Source of the DNA: Anaeramoeba ignava BMAN
Lineage: Eukaryota; Protista; Anaeramoebae
Assembly (NCBI GenBank): GCA_028826165.1
Contig: JAPDFW010000108.1
Coordinates: forward strand, 139,777 to 203,776
DNA: 64,000 bases
Direction: 5' to 3'
The notes under the pieces are model-generated. The model ran no database searches and had not been told where the DNA came from. It saw nothing but the letters and a program-made list of their open reading frames with translations. Each line of letters starts with the position of its first letter. Position 1 is the stretch's first letter. Both the position numbers and the translations under genes were made by a program. Below are positions 16,146-27,410 of the stretch, piece by piece.

Positions 16146-18696
16146 ATGAATGTAAAACACATTTTAAATCTTTCATTTCCTTCAACAAAAAACCCATTTA
16201 TTATTGAAATTCAAGAAACTCTTCTTATTCATTATCAATTTTCTTCAATTCATTTAATTTCAAAAACTCAAAACAAATTAATTGGAATTTGGAAGTTTTT
16301 GGATGAAATTGTCCAAGTTTTAGTTATTCATTCTCCTTTTGAAATTATCATTTTAACAAAAGATAACTCAATTTGGATTTGTGGAAGTTTATTCAAACAT
16401 TTACAAAATCAACTCCAATTAAAAAAAAGTTTTCCAAATGAGAAAAAACCAAAAAAAAGAAAAAAAGCAAATGAAAAAGTGTTTAATCACGAATCCCCAA
16501 TTATTTTCTTTTTGGATCAAAAATTCAAGTCAAGAATCGATAATCTTTTCAAACAAGAAATAATTGTGCAAATTTTACAAACAAATCAATCAAATCTTGT
16601 TTTCTTTACAAATCAAACCAATTATTCCATAAACACCAAAACGAATTCAAGTATTCATTTTTTTCGATTGAAATCATCCAAAAAAATCACAGACACTTTA
16701 TCAAAACCTCCTAAATCATCTTCAATCATCGAAAACGAGCAGTTCAAATTCAACAAAATTGCTCTGATAAATTCACAAGACTTTTCTGATTTTATGAAGA
16801 GCTTGATTAAAGAAGACACAAAAATATTTGGAGATGAAAATGGAGAAGCAGAAAAGGATTTGATTGTGTTTTTTATTGATTTGAATAATAATTTATCATG
16901 GATTCATTTTGGAAATGAAAAAATTACAAATTCACAAAACAAAATTGAATTGGAAGAAAAAGTTATTTCCGTTTTTATTCACAACAGAAAATCCATTGTA
17001 ATTTTTGGGAAATTTGGGAAAATTTGGATTTTTTCATACAAAACCATCTTCAATCAAATTGCCAATTCTTGCGAAGTTTATCCTTGCTTATACACAATTA
17101 ATTTGTCTTATCAAATTGGAGAAATACGATCAGTTGACATGATCGAAGATCAGGCAACATTCCAAATTTTATGCAAAGGAGGAATTGGATATATTTGCTC
17201 TCTTGATGAGATCTTCAACATTCTCGACACAGAAGAAAAAAATACTTTCCAATCCTCAAATGAATTCAATAATAATAATAACAATAATAACAATAACGAA
17301 AAAAATATGAGTGTGATTTCTTCCACAATAATTCAAATGCACAATATCCAAGAATTGCAGAAAATATCTTTGGATAAATTCACAATACCTTGTTTTGATA
17401 TAGTTGGGATAACCAGAATATCCTGTTTGAATCAAAACGGTTATATTCTTAATCAAGAAGGTCAACTACTTTATTCTTCAACAGATTTTGATATTCACAA
17501 TTTTCAAAAGGAAGAATCAAGAAAAATGCTTCCCAAACAATCAACAAAATCCAAAATTTCAAAATTAATTGAATCCGTTTCTAGTTACAACCAAATTATT
17601 GTGGAAATTCAAGCCAAAATTCAATCCATCGATGAAATGATTTCAAATTTTAATATATTATATCACTTCGCAGCAATTTTTGAGAAAGGAAACAATTCAG
17701 AAATGAAAATGGAAATTTCCCAAATCATTCCAAATGAAAAAATGGTTATCATTAACATGATGCTTCTTTGCGATATAAATTTCCCAACATCAAGTTTTTC
17801 GAATTGTTTTTTCTTCCTTCAAATAAGCAATCTCCATTTTATAAAAGAAAATCAACAGAAAACTCTTTCAATCCCTTTCGAATCAGCAAAAAGACAAAAA
17901 ATACTCAATCAAACGCAACAATCAATCTCTTTATCATTTCCTCTTAAAATTTACTCAAATCAACCACTTATAATTGAAGTTCTTCTTGGTTCATCAGCAA
18001 ATCAAGAACTTGAAATCATGATTCCAATTGGTTCAAAAAGATTTGATATTCTTGATTTTTCAGAAAAATTCCCACAAAAGGATGAAAATATAAATTATGA
18101 TAATTTTTCAAATGAATCTTCTCAAATTTTCACCAAAATCCAACAACATCATTCACATTCACTTAATGATTTTGAAAATATTCAAACTCAATTGAATTTG
18201 CCTCAAGATTTCGGCAATTCAACAAAAATTCCAACAATTTATTCAACTGATCTTTTCCAATTCGAAACAAAACAAGAAGGATTGAATTTGATCCAAAATA
18301 TTTTTGGAAATGAATATTTGGAAGACACAATTACGCTTCTTGAAATGCAAGAAAAAAAGCAAATCAAATTAAAAATAAAAAGGAAAAATGAACAAATGGA
18401 ATTTAAGTATTCAAACTCATTCAGAAAAATATTTACCTTTAGTAAGAGAATGTATTTTGGATCGAGCAAATCAAATCAATAATCAACATTTTAAAATGAT
18501 TCCTCAAATCAATCAAGATAATTATAGTCAAATTCATAATGAATTTCAAGAAATAAAAGATGAATTTGTAAAAATGAATGAATTTTACAAATCAAATGAG
18601 AATAAATTTTCATTTAAAAAAATTGAAAAATATGAAAGAATTAAAGAAAGAATTGAAAATTTTTATCAAAAAATTAGAGAAATTTTTAAGTTTTAA
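16146..18696 (+). CDS. FAAP100-like protein (Fanconi anaemia core complex-associated; beta-propeller, coiled coil, alpha/beta); 1 frameshift near 18350-18390
   Basis: ORFs 16146-18482 and 18388-18696 give ~850 aa. Ordered motifs LEEKVISV, IVIFGKFGKIWI, KISKLIESVSS..coiled coil, IPIGSKRFDILDF and terminal FYQKIR resemble FAAP100 as I recall it. Confidence 0.55.
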
Positions 18697-18974
18697 AAAA
18701 ATAAAAAAAAATAAAAAAAATTTTAATTAAATTTTTCTGTTGAAATCAAACAATGAACCTTTTATTGATTAAGAAAAAAAAAAAGAAAAGAAAAAGATCT
18801 GTCAAAATTGCAATAGAAAAAAAAAAGAGAAAAAGAGAAAAAGAAAAAAGAACTTTTTTTCCGATTTTGAGTTTAAGAAAGAAAATTCAAAACATGTTTC
18901 ACTTTTGAATGGAAAAGGAAAAGGAAAAAGAAAAAAAAGAAAAAAAAGAAGTGAGAACAAGAAACAGGATAAAT

Positions 18975-21900
18975 TCATAATAAGGAACATTTCTTTTTCT
19001 TTTTTGGTTGTTCTTGTTTTTGTGTCTTGTTTTCTTGTTGTGGATTTGGTGAATTTTTGGATTCTTTCCATTTTCTTACTTTTCGAACTAATTCTTCAAA
19101 AGCTGCTTGAACATTTGCTCCTGTTTTTGCAGAACTAAATTAAATATTTTTTATTAAATATTTTTTATTAAATATTTTTTATTAATTATTTTTTATTAAA
19201 TATTTTTTATTAAATATTTTTTATTAATTATTTTTTATTAAATATTTTTAAATGTACGTTTCAATATAAACTGAATTGTATTTGCTTGCTAATTCTTCTC
19301 CTTCTTCTTGATTAATTAATCTTTCATCTTCAAGATCTAATTTAAAATTAAAATTAAAATTAAAATTAAAATTAAAATTTAAATTAAAAATCAAAATTAA
19401 AATTAAAATTAAAATTAAAATTAAAATTAAAATCAAAATTAAAATTAAAAATTAAAATTAAAATTAAAATTAAAATTTAAAATTAAAATTTAATAAAGAT
19501 CACAATTCAAATTTAATTAAAAAATTTAAATTAAAATTTTAATCAAGATCACAATTCAAATTCTATTTAATAATTTAAATTTAAAATAAATTCAATTAAG
19601 AAATTATTTACCGCTTTTGTTTCCAACTGTCACAATTGGTATTTTATCTGTTCTTTTTGCTACTTTTAAGTTTTCAAATAACTTTCTAGCTTCAGAGAAA
19701 CTTGCTCTATCTGTAATAGAAAAACATAAAAGAAAACCTTCACCTTGTTTCAAATACTTTAAAATTAAAATTAAAATTAAAAATTAAAATTAAAATTAAA
19801 ATTAAAATTAAAAATTAAAATTAAAATTAAAATTAAAAATTAAAAATTAAAATTAAAATTAAAATTAAAATTAAAATTAAAATTAAATTTAAAATTAAAA
19901 TTAAAATTAAAAATTAAAATTAAATTCAAAATTAAAATTAAATTTAAATTTAAAATTAAAATTAATTCTTCATACTTTATCTCTAACAGTTCTGTATTCT
20001 TCTTGTCCTGCTGTATCAAGAATCTCAAGCATTGAAGGTTTATCATCAACTAGAACCATTTTTCTATAATTTTCCTCTATTTAAATTGTAGAATAAAAAT
20101 TTTTTATTTATCAAAAAAATTGGGGTTAATTTTTTATTTTAAATTTTAAATTTTAAATTTTAAATAATATTTATTGTTAATGATTCATCATTTAAATTAA
20201 TTTTTCAATCTAATTTTGTTTTTCACATTTTGGGTGTCAATTTATAATTTAATTTATAATTTTGTTTATAATTTTGTTTATAATTTAATTTATTATTTAA
20301 TTTATAATTTAATTTATTTGGAAATTTATAATTTTATTTATAATTTTATTTATAATTTTGTTTATAATTTTGTTTATAATTTTGTTTATAATTTAATTTA
20401 TAATTTAATTTATAATTTAATTTATTATTTAATTTATAATTTAATTTATTTGGAAATTTATAATTTAATTTATTTGGAAATTTATAATTTTGTTTATAAT
20501 TTAATTTATAATTTTGTTTATAATTTTATAATTTAATTTATTATTTAATTTATAATTTTATTTATAATTTTATTTATTATTTTGTTTATAATTTTGTTTT
20601 ATAATTTTATTTATAATTTTATTTATAATTTTGTTTATAATTTTATTTATAATTTTGTTTATAATTTAATTTATAATTTAGTTTATAATTTAATTTATAA
20701 TTCTGTTTATAATTTAGTTTATAATTTTATTTATAATTTAATTTATAATTTAATTTATAATTTAATTTATAATTTAATTTATAATTTAATTTATAATTTT
20801 AATTTATAATTTAATTTATAATTTAATTTATAATTTAATTTATAATTTAATTTATAATTTTATTTTATAATTTTGTTTATAATTTAGTTTATAATTTAAT
20901 TTTATAATTTTAATTTATAATTTTAATTTATAATTTAATTTATAATTTTATTTATAATTTAATTTATAATTTAATTTATAATTTTATTTATAATTTTATT
21001 TATAATTTAATTTAGAATTTAATTTATAATTTTATTTATAATTTAATTTATAATTTAATTTATTATTTTATTTATAATTTAATTTATAATTTAATTTATA
21101 ATTTAATTTATAATTTAATTTATAATTTAATTTATAATTTAATTTATAATTTTAATTTATAATTTAATTTATAATTTAATTTATAATTTAATTTATTATT
21201 TAATTTATAATTTAATTTATAATTTAATTTATAATTTAATTTATAATTTTATTTATATTTTTATTTATATTTTTATTTATAATTTAGTTTATAATTTTAT
21301 TTATAATTTTATTTATAATTTTATTTATTATTTTATTTATAATTTTATTTATAATTTAATTTATAATTTAATTTATTATTTTGTTTATAATTTAATTTAT
21401 TATTTTTATTTATATTTTATTTATAATTTTATTTATAATTTTATTTATAATTTAATTTATAATTTTATTTATAATTTTATTTATAATTTTATTTATAATT
21501 TTATTTATAATTTTATTTATAATTTTATTTATAATTTAATTTATAATTTTATTTATAATTTTATTTATAATTTAATTTTATTTGAATTATTCAATTTTTT
21601 TTTTTGAAATAATAAAAGAATTGAAAAAAAAAATAAAAAAAAATTAAGAATTGATTTTATTTTGTTTTTCTTGACTCGATTTAATAAGTTAATTTAAACA
21701 AATTTTATTTAATTGATTAAAATATTTTTACCGATCGTTGGATCATAATCTTGAATAAACTTTCCTTGAAGATAACGAACAACAAGACAAGATTTGCCAA
21801 CTAAAAAAAAAAAAAGAGAACAAAATGAGAATAAAAATTTGTAAAAAAAATGAAATTTGTAAAAAAAAATGTTAATTTCAATGTTAATTTCAATATTAAT

Positions 21901-22142
21901 TTCAATGTTAATTTCAATGTTAATTTTTATGTTAATTTTTATGTTAATTTCAATGTTAATTTCAATGTTAATTTCAATATTAATTTCAATGTTAATTTTA
22001 ATGTTAATTTCAATGTTAATTTCAACGTTAATTTCAATGTGAATTTCAATGTTAATTAAACGTCAAATGTTAAAATTTAATTAAAGGAAATTTTACTTGA
22101 ACCTCCTCCTATTACAACAAGTTTATATAAATCGTCTCCCAT
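18975..22142 (-). CDS. Ras-family small GTPase, 6 exons, C-terminal KKKKKCSLL
   Basis: Exons 22142-22097, 21800-21732, 20076-19976, 19756-19612, ~19336-19258, ~19134-18975. [36 protein letters not shown], CaaX. Confidence 0.93.
20240..21580. repeat. 12-bp satellite (ATAATTTAATTT/ATAATTTTATTT)n in Ras intron 2 (20077-21731)
   Basis: Direct inspection; it generates the spurious YNLI/YNFV ORFs. Confidence 0.92.
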
Positions 22143-22457
22143 TGATTTTTTTTATTAATTTTAATTTTAATTTAAATTTAAATTTAATTTAAATTTTTTT
22201 TTTATTGTTTGGCAAAGAAAAAAGATCTGAAAAAAAAATGAAAAAAAAAAATGAAAAAATTAAAAAAAAAAAAAAATTTTAATTTTAATTAAAAATAAAA
22301 AAAGAAAAAAATCTTTTATCTCAAAATTTGAAAAATAATAAAAAAAAAATAAAATAAAAAAGAAGAAGAAAAAAAATTAAAAAATAAATTTTTCTCCTTT
22401 TTAATTTAATTTTTTTAATTTAAATTTTTTTTTCATTTTTTTTTCATTTTTTTTTAA

Positions 22458-24096
22458 ATGTTTACAAAAAAAAATCCAATAAATATTGTGAAGAATTGTC
22501 AAAAATTACTTTTAAATCTTGAAACAAATGAAACAAAAAAAACAAATATAAAACAAATTGAAAAAATAATAAATGATCTTAATTCAATTTCACAAATAAT
22601 ATTTGGCTCAGAAAAAAAAGTCCCTAATCCTCAAAATATTTCAGTTTTAGCTGATGAAGTTTTTAGTTCAAATTTTATGATTCAATTAATTCAAAATTTA
22701 TCAAAATTTCCTTTTGAAGTTAGGAAAACTATTGTTAAAATATTTGAGTTTTTACTTTTTCAAAAAACTCAAAATAATAAATTACCAACAGAATATATTT
22801 CAGAAAAGTTTCTTACAATATTATTTGAAGGGTTGATTTTATTTTGAAAACATTTTTAATTCATCTTCCAATTATATTCAAAATATTTAAATTATATTTA
22901 AAATATTTAAATTATATTCAAAATATTCAAATTATTTAAATTATATTCAAAATATTTAAATTAAGTTAAATTCAAATATATTTAAATTATTTAAATCAAA
23001 TTAAATTAAATTCAAAATATTTAAATTATATTAAAATCAAATTAAATTAAATCAAATTAAATTCAAATTAAATTCAAATTAAATTCAAATTAAATTCAAA
23101 TTAAATTCAAATTAAGTTATATTATATTCAAATCAAATTAAATTATATTCAAAATATTTAAATTAAATTTAATATTATTTAAATTAAATTAAATTCAAAT
23201 TAAATTATAATTAAATTCAAATTAAATTAAATTAAATTCAAATTAAATTAAATTAAATTCAAATCAAATTAAATTCAAATTAAATTCAAAATATTCAAAT
23301 TATATTAAATTCAAATTAAATTCAAATTAAAAATATTCAAATTAAATTAAATTAAATTCAAATTAAATTCAAAATATTTAAAATATAGATACACAAATGA
23401 AATTACTTCAATTAATTGCGGAATGATGATTCGTACATGCGCTCAAGACGAATCTCTTGCAAAAAATATTTTTTTATCAAAAAATCTTGAAACACTTTTT
23501 GAAAGTGTAGAATCACCAAGTTTTGATATTGCATCTGATGCTTTTCGAACATTAAAAGTTGATAAAAAATTTTAAATTTGAGAAAAAAAAAATATGGAAT
23601 AAAATTTGTTTGTTTTTTTGTTTGTTTGTTTGTTTGTTTTTTCTTTTAGGATTTATTCACTTCAAACAAAAATTCTTTATCGAATTTTTTTGTTGATAAT
23701 TATGAAAGATGTTCCAAAATATTCAAACAAGCTTTACAATCCAAAAATTACGCAGCAAAAAGACAATACTTAGAATTAATAAGTTTTTTGATAATAAAAA
23801 GTCCTATCAAAATCATGTTAAAATATTTTCTAGATTCTGAACATTTCTTACTAATCATTTCTTTAATGCTTTCTGAATCTCAATCAATCCAAATAGAGGC
23901 TTTTCATATCGCAAAATTTTTTATAATGAACCCCAAAAGAAATGATAATATTACTCAAATCTTAGTGAATCAAAGTAAACAAATTATTGATTTTCTTCAA
24001 AATTTTTCTGTTCAAGAAAAAATTAAAGATGAAACTTTTGAAGTTGATTCAAAAAAAGTACTTCAAGAAATACTCAAGATGAACTCAAAAAAATAA
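22458..24096 (+). CDS. CAB39: MO25/CAB39 family scaffold, 3 exons
   Basis: Exons 22458-22831, 23389-23557, 23651-24096. FEGYTNEITSINCGMMIRTC, SPSFDIASDAFRTLKDLF, NYAAKRQYL, SIQIEAFHIAKFFIMNP. Confidence 0.92.
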
Positions 24097-24261
24097 TTAT
24101 TTTTTTTTTCTTTCAAGTTTATGGTTTAAAAAAAAGAATAAAAAGGAATGTAATCATTTCTTGTTTTAAGAAATTTTAGATAAATGTAAAAAATTGTTTT
24201 GGAATTTAGATTTGATGTTATTTATTTTTTGAAAAAAAAAATTGATGAAAAAAAGGCATTT

Positions 24262-27246
24262 TTAATTGTCATTTTTAAAAGTGCCAAATTGAGTTCCAGT
24301 AACAGGACATAAACTTAGATCAGGAGCACATTTTTTGTGGACAACTTTATCATTTGGATAAACAACGAAGACACTATTGCCAATTTTCTTATGACAAATT
24401 GGACAAATTGTATTGCTATCGATGAAAATCCTACCTCTTTTAATCAAATTGAGTTTGAGTTTTAAGTTGAAATTTTCTGATTGTTGGATATTTTTTGTAA
24501 CTCTCAAAGTGCGACTTTTTTCGATAGTTTTGTTGATAATTGAGTGAAGAAAATCGTAGACTTTCTCGATGGGGATGTCTTCGGGGAGAAGACTAAGAGC
24601 CTCATGGGAATCGATGCGATTGAAGTATTTGATGACGATATCGAGAGATTTTTGGAGTTTGTTTGGCTGTTCTTTTTGATAAACGGAAAGAAGTTCCTTT
24701 TCGTCTTCGGAAAGAGTCTTTTTTTTCTTGAGCGAGATGAGCTTGTTTTCGTAAATGGAAATATACTCCTTGTCGTTGAGCGAGAGGAACTCTTTGAGGA
24801 GAAGAAGATAGACCTGTTTTGATTCGGGATCATCCTCGTTATACACAAGATTGCAGTATTCCTCGGCTTTTTCGAGTTTTTTCATTTTGTGGACGTAAAT
24901 ATTCAATGCGGAAGCGTGTTGGCCCATTTTACTGAGAATGAGAGCGCGGGATTCGAGGAAGAATTGGATGGGGAAGTGCGGAATCATTTTCTCAGGCTGG
25001 TAATATTCGGAATTTTTGATGAAATCAATCATTCGCAATTTAAGACCTTTCAAGTTGGATTTTTTCGTTTTGATTGAGTGTTTATCTGATCCCGAATTTT
25101 TGAGTTTTTTCTTTTCAGTGCGAAGAATCTGGGCCTTTTTGAGATAACCCAAAAGAAGGGTGTTGTGGACATCTGGATCTCGATAGTCCCAGTAATTAAT
25201 GACATGTTCCAAGTATGGGATCTCCGAGAAGTTGTTAAAACCTTGGAGAAAATTGATGACTTTTTTGATATCCAAAAAACGCTCCTCTTCCCAGCCTTGC
25301 CGGATATCTTTGATAGTTTTTTGGATCAGCGAATGAGTCGGTGTTGTTGACCTCGCCTTGCCGTCTTTCATTTGGAGAAAGGCCTTTTTCCCGAGAGAAG
25401 GGATTGCGATGCGGGTTGTGCTTTCGTTTGAGGGAGTATTTGAATTGAAATCATTTTGCTCATTGAGACGAAGTTGCCCGAAAAGTTTCTTTTCCTGGAT
25501 CTCACCGAGCTCGTCCTGTCTGGGTGCGCGGACGTTCCAGATGAATATTTCCTTTGCGCGCTCGGGGAAGTTGTGGATGACCCAGCCGGAGTATTTGAAG
25601 ATGAGGTCGAGCTTGTCGTTATTGAGGTGTTTGAGATAGGAAACAAGCTCGTCGGCTTTCTTTGTTTTCTCGTATTGCGAGGAGACGATTTTGAGCGCGT
25701 CTTCGTCAAGGAGCTTGATGCGGTGGAGCTCCACAAGCTCTTTGACGAGGTTCTTTGATTCAAGAACCCTTTTCGACTCCTCAAGATCACAGGAGTTATG
25801 GGGAAACTTAAAAAACGACATGATCAACTCTTGGGAAACCTCAACGTAGCATTTGAGGATCACCGTGTCGATCAAACTAAGGATATTGGGATCCCTTTCA
25901 AGCATGAACTTCGCCTTGATATTAGGGAACTTGGCAGGATCGCTGATGTACTTGACAATATAGCCTCGCTGCTTGGTGAGGAAGATGATCAGCGCCCAGA
26001 TGGCGGCCTGGATGTCGTCCTGTGTGGGGTCGTAATTTCCTGTGTTGAGAGGCGGTTTGACTTGGAGTTTCTTGAGGGTTTCCGTCTTGATGAGAGCCGG
26101 ATAAAGATAGAAAATGCTGCGGAAATCAAACTCGTTCATCTCGTCAAAATACTCAAGCGCGCGGGAGTATTGTTTCTGACAGAAAAGATGGAACGAGTGC
26201 ATTTCGCGGATTTCCTTCAACTTCATTTCCTTATCTTGCTCGACCATTTTCTCATAATTTCCCGGATAATCAAGAAGAAAAATCGCCTCGTCATATTTGC
26301 AATACTCTGGAGACGAGAGAATAGTGACCTGCTCAATAAGACTTGGCAGCTCCAACTTCCAAACATTAATTTCATCGCAAACAAGAAGCAGCTTTGATTT
26401 TTGACAGACAGTAATATTCCTGACTGTTTTGATGTCCGTTATTTGCTGCGCAACCTTGTTTGTGAGTCTGTTAATAACCTCGATTTTTCCGTTGATTATG
26501 CCAACAATATAAGGTTCAAAATGGCAAACTAAAGAGGGCACATCGCTCCATTGGATCTGGAAATTCTGCGACTCCTTTCCGTTGGAGTCGATGAATTTTC
26601 CCTTCTCGTCAATTCCAACAACAATTTCATTCTTGCTGATGCGCGCCGATGTCGGGGTTCCCGAGCGCGTCGTATCAATAACAAATTGCGGGATATTATC
26701 CTTCAAACTAACAAACATATATTTTCTTGAGAATCCCAAAAAAAGCCCGTTTCCGATCCAATCAGCCCGGATTATTTTCTCGGGAAGATTGATCGGCTGC
26801 TCCTTCTCATCAAATTTTTGGGTCTTTTTTTGGTACACAAAAAGCAGTACTTTCAGTCCAAATGCGATTATTAAACGGTTTCCATGCGCCGTTAAAAAAT
26901 GCGCTCCACTAATTGGTCGTATTAATTTCTCTTGCGGTTCAAGTCCCTGCAATCCAACAAGTGCTACTTCTGTTTTTGTTAAAACTACCACAAAATTGTA
27001 TTTTTCCATCAACGCGATTTGCAGTATGTTTTTTTTGAAGTTCACTAGTTTGTTGTCAAATTCCCCTTTGTTGTTTTGGATCCGATATCTTCGTAGTGAC
27101 TTCCCAGTCGCGATTAATATGTAACTCGGGTTTTCTCCGTAAGATACAAAGTCCGTTATTGGAAAGTATTTTCCGGGAAAGTCTAAGTTTTGTATTCGGA
27201 ATACTTGATATAATTTTTCTTCTTTTTTCTTTTCTTTTGTTGTCAT
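24262..27246 (-). CDS. Vps39/Vam6 (or Vps3/TGFBRAP1)-family HOPS/CORVET tether subunit, 994 aa, intronless
   Basis: N-terminal CNH propeller (IQWSDVP..PYIV), IDTVILKCY, clathrin-repeat ERALILSKMGQHASALNIYV..AEEYC, C-terminal zinc finger CPICHKKIGNSVFVVYPNDKVVHKKC. Confidence 0.92.
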   Translation of the reverse strand: MTTKEKKKEEKLYQVFRIQNLDFPGKYFPITDFVSYGENPSYILIATGKSLRRYRIQNNKGEFDNKLVNFKKNILQIALMEKYNFVVVLTKTEVALVGLQGLEPQEKLIRPISGAHFLTAHGNRLIIAFGLKVLLFVYQKKTQKFDEKEQPINLPEKIIRADWIGNGLFLGFSRKYMFVSLKDNIPQFVIDTTRSGTPTSARISKNEIVVGIDEKGKFIDSNGKESQNFQIQWSDVPSLVCHFEPYIVGIINGKIEVINRLTNKVAQQITDIKTVRNITVCQKSKLLLVCDEINVWKLELPSLIEQVTILSSPEYCKYDEAIFLLDYPGNYEKMVEQDKEMKLKEIREMHSFHLFCQKQYSRALEYFDEMNEFDFRSIFYLYPALIKTETLKKLQVKPPLNTGNYDPTQDDIQAAIWALIIFLTKQRGYIVKYISDPAKFPNIKAKFMLERDPNILSLIDTVILKCYVEVSQELIMSFFKFPHNSCDLEESKRVLESKNLVKELVELHRIKLLDEDALKIVSSQYEKTKKADELVSYLKHLNNDKLDLIFKYSGWVIHNFPERAKEIFIWNVRAPRQDELGEIQEKKLFGQLRLNEQNDFNSNTPSNESTTRIAIPSLGKKAFLQMKDGKARSTTPTHSLIQKTIKDIRQGWEEERFLDIKKVINFLQGFNNFSEIPYLEHVINYWDYRDPDVHNTLLLGYLKKAQILRTEKKKLKNSGSDKHSIKTKKSNLKGLKLRMIDFIKNSEYYQPEKMIPHFPIQFFLESRALILSKMGQHASALNIYVHKMKKLEKAEEYCNLVYNEDDPESKQVYLLLLKEFLSLNDKEYISIYENKLISLKKKKTLSEDEKELLSVYQKEQPNKLQKSLDIVIKYFNRIDSHEALSLLPEDIPIEKVYDFLHSIINKTIEKSRTLRVTKNIQQSENFNLKLKLNLIKRGRIFIDSNTICPICHKKIGNSVFVVYPNDKVVHKKCAPDLSLCPVTGTQFGTFKNDN

Positions 27247-27410
27247 TTATTTTAATTGAAAAAAATTGAAAATTGAAAAAATGAAAAAAATGAAAAAATG
27301 AAAAAATGAAAAAAACAATTTTCATTTTTTTCTTTCTTTTTTTATTCATTATTATTTATTATTCTATTTTTCCTTTTTTTTTTTCCTTTTTTTTCAACAA
27401 CAATAAAAAA

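Noticed and set aside
25270-25540. ~90-aa insertion in the Vps39-like protein considered as a possible intein
   Set aside because: No C/S start with HN-C/S/T end and no Hint or LAGLIDADG motifs; looks like a disordered loop. No intein was recognised in any protein of the window
24504-27124. Multiple long antisense and alternate-frame ORFs over the Vps39-like gene
   Set aside because: By-product of locally high GC3 reducing stop codons; no recognisable domains
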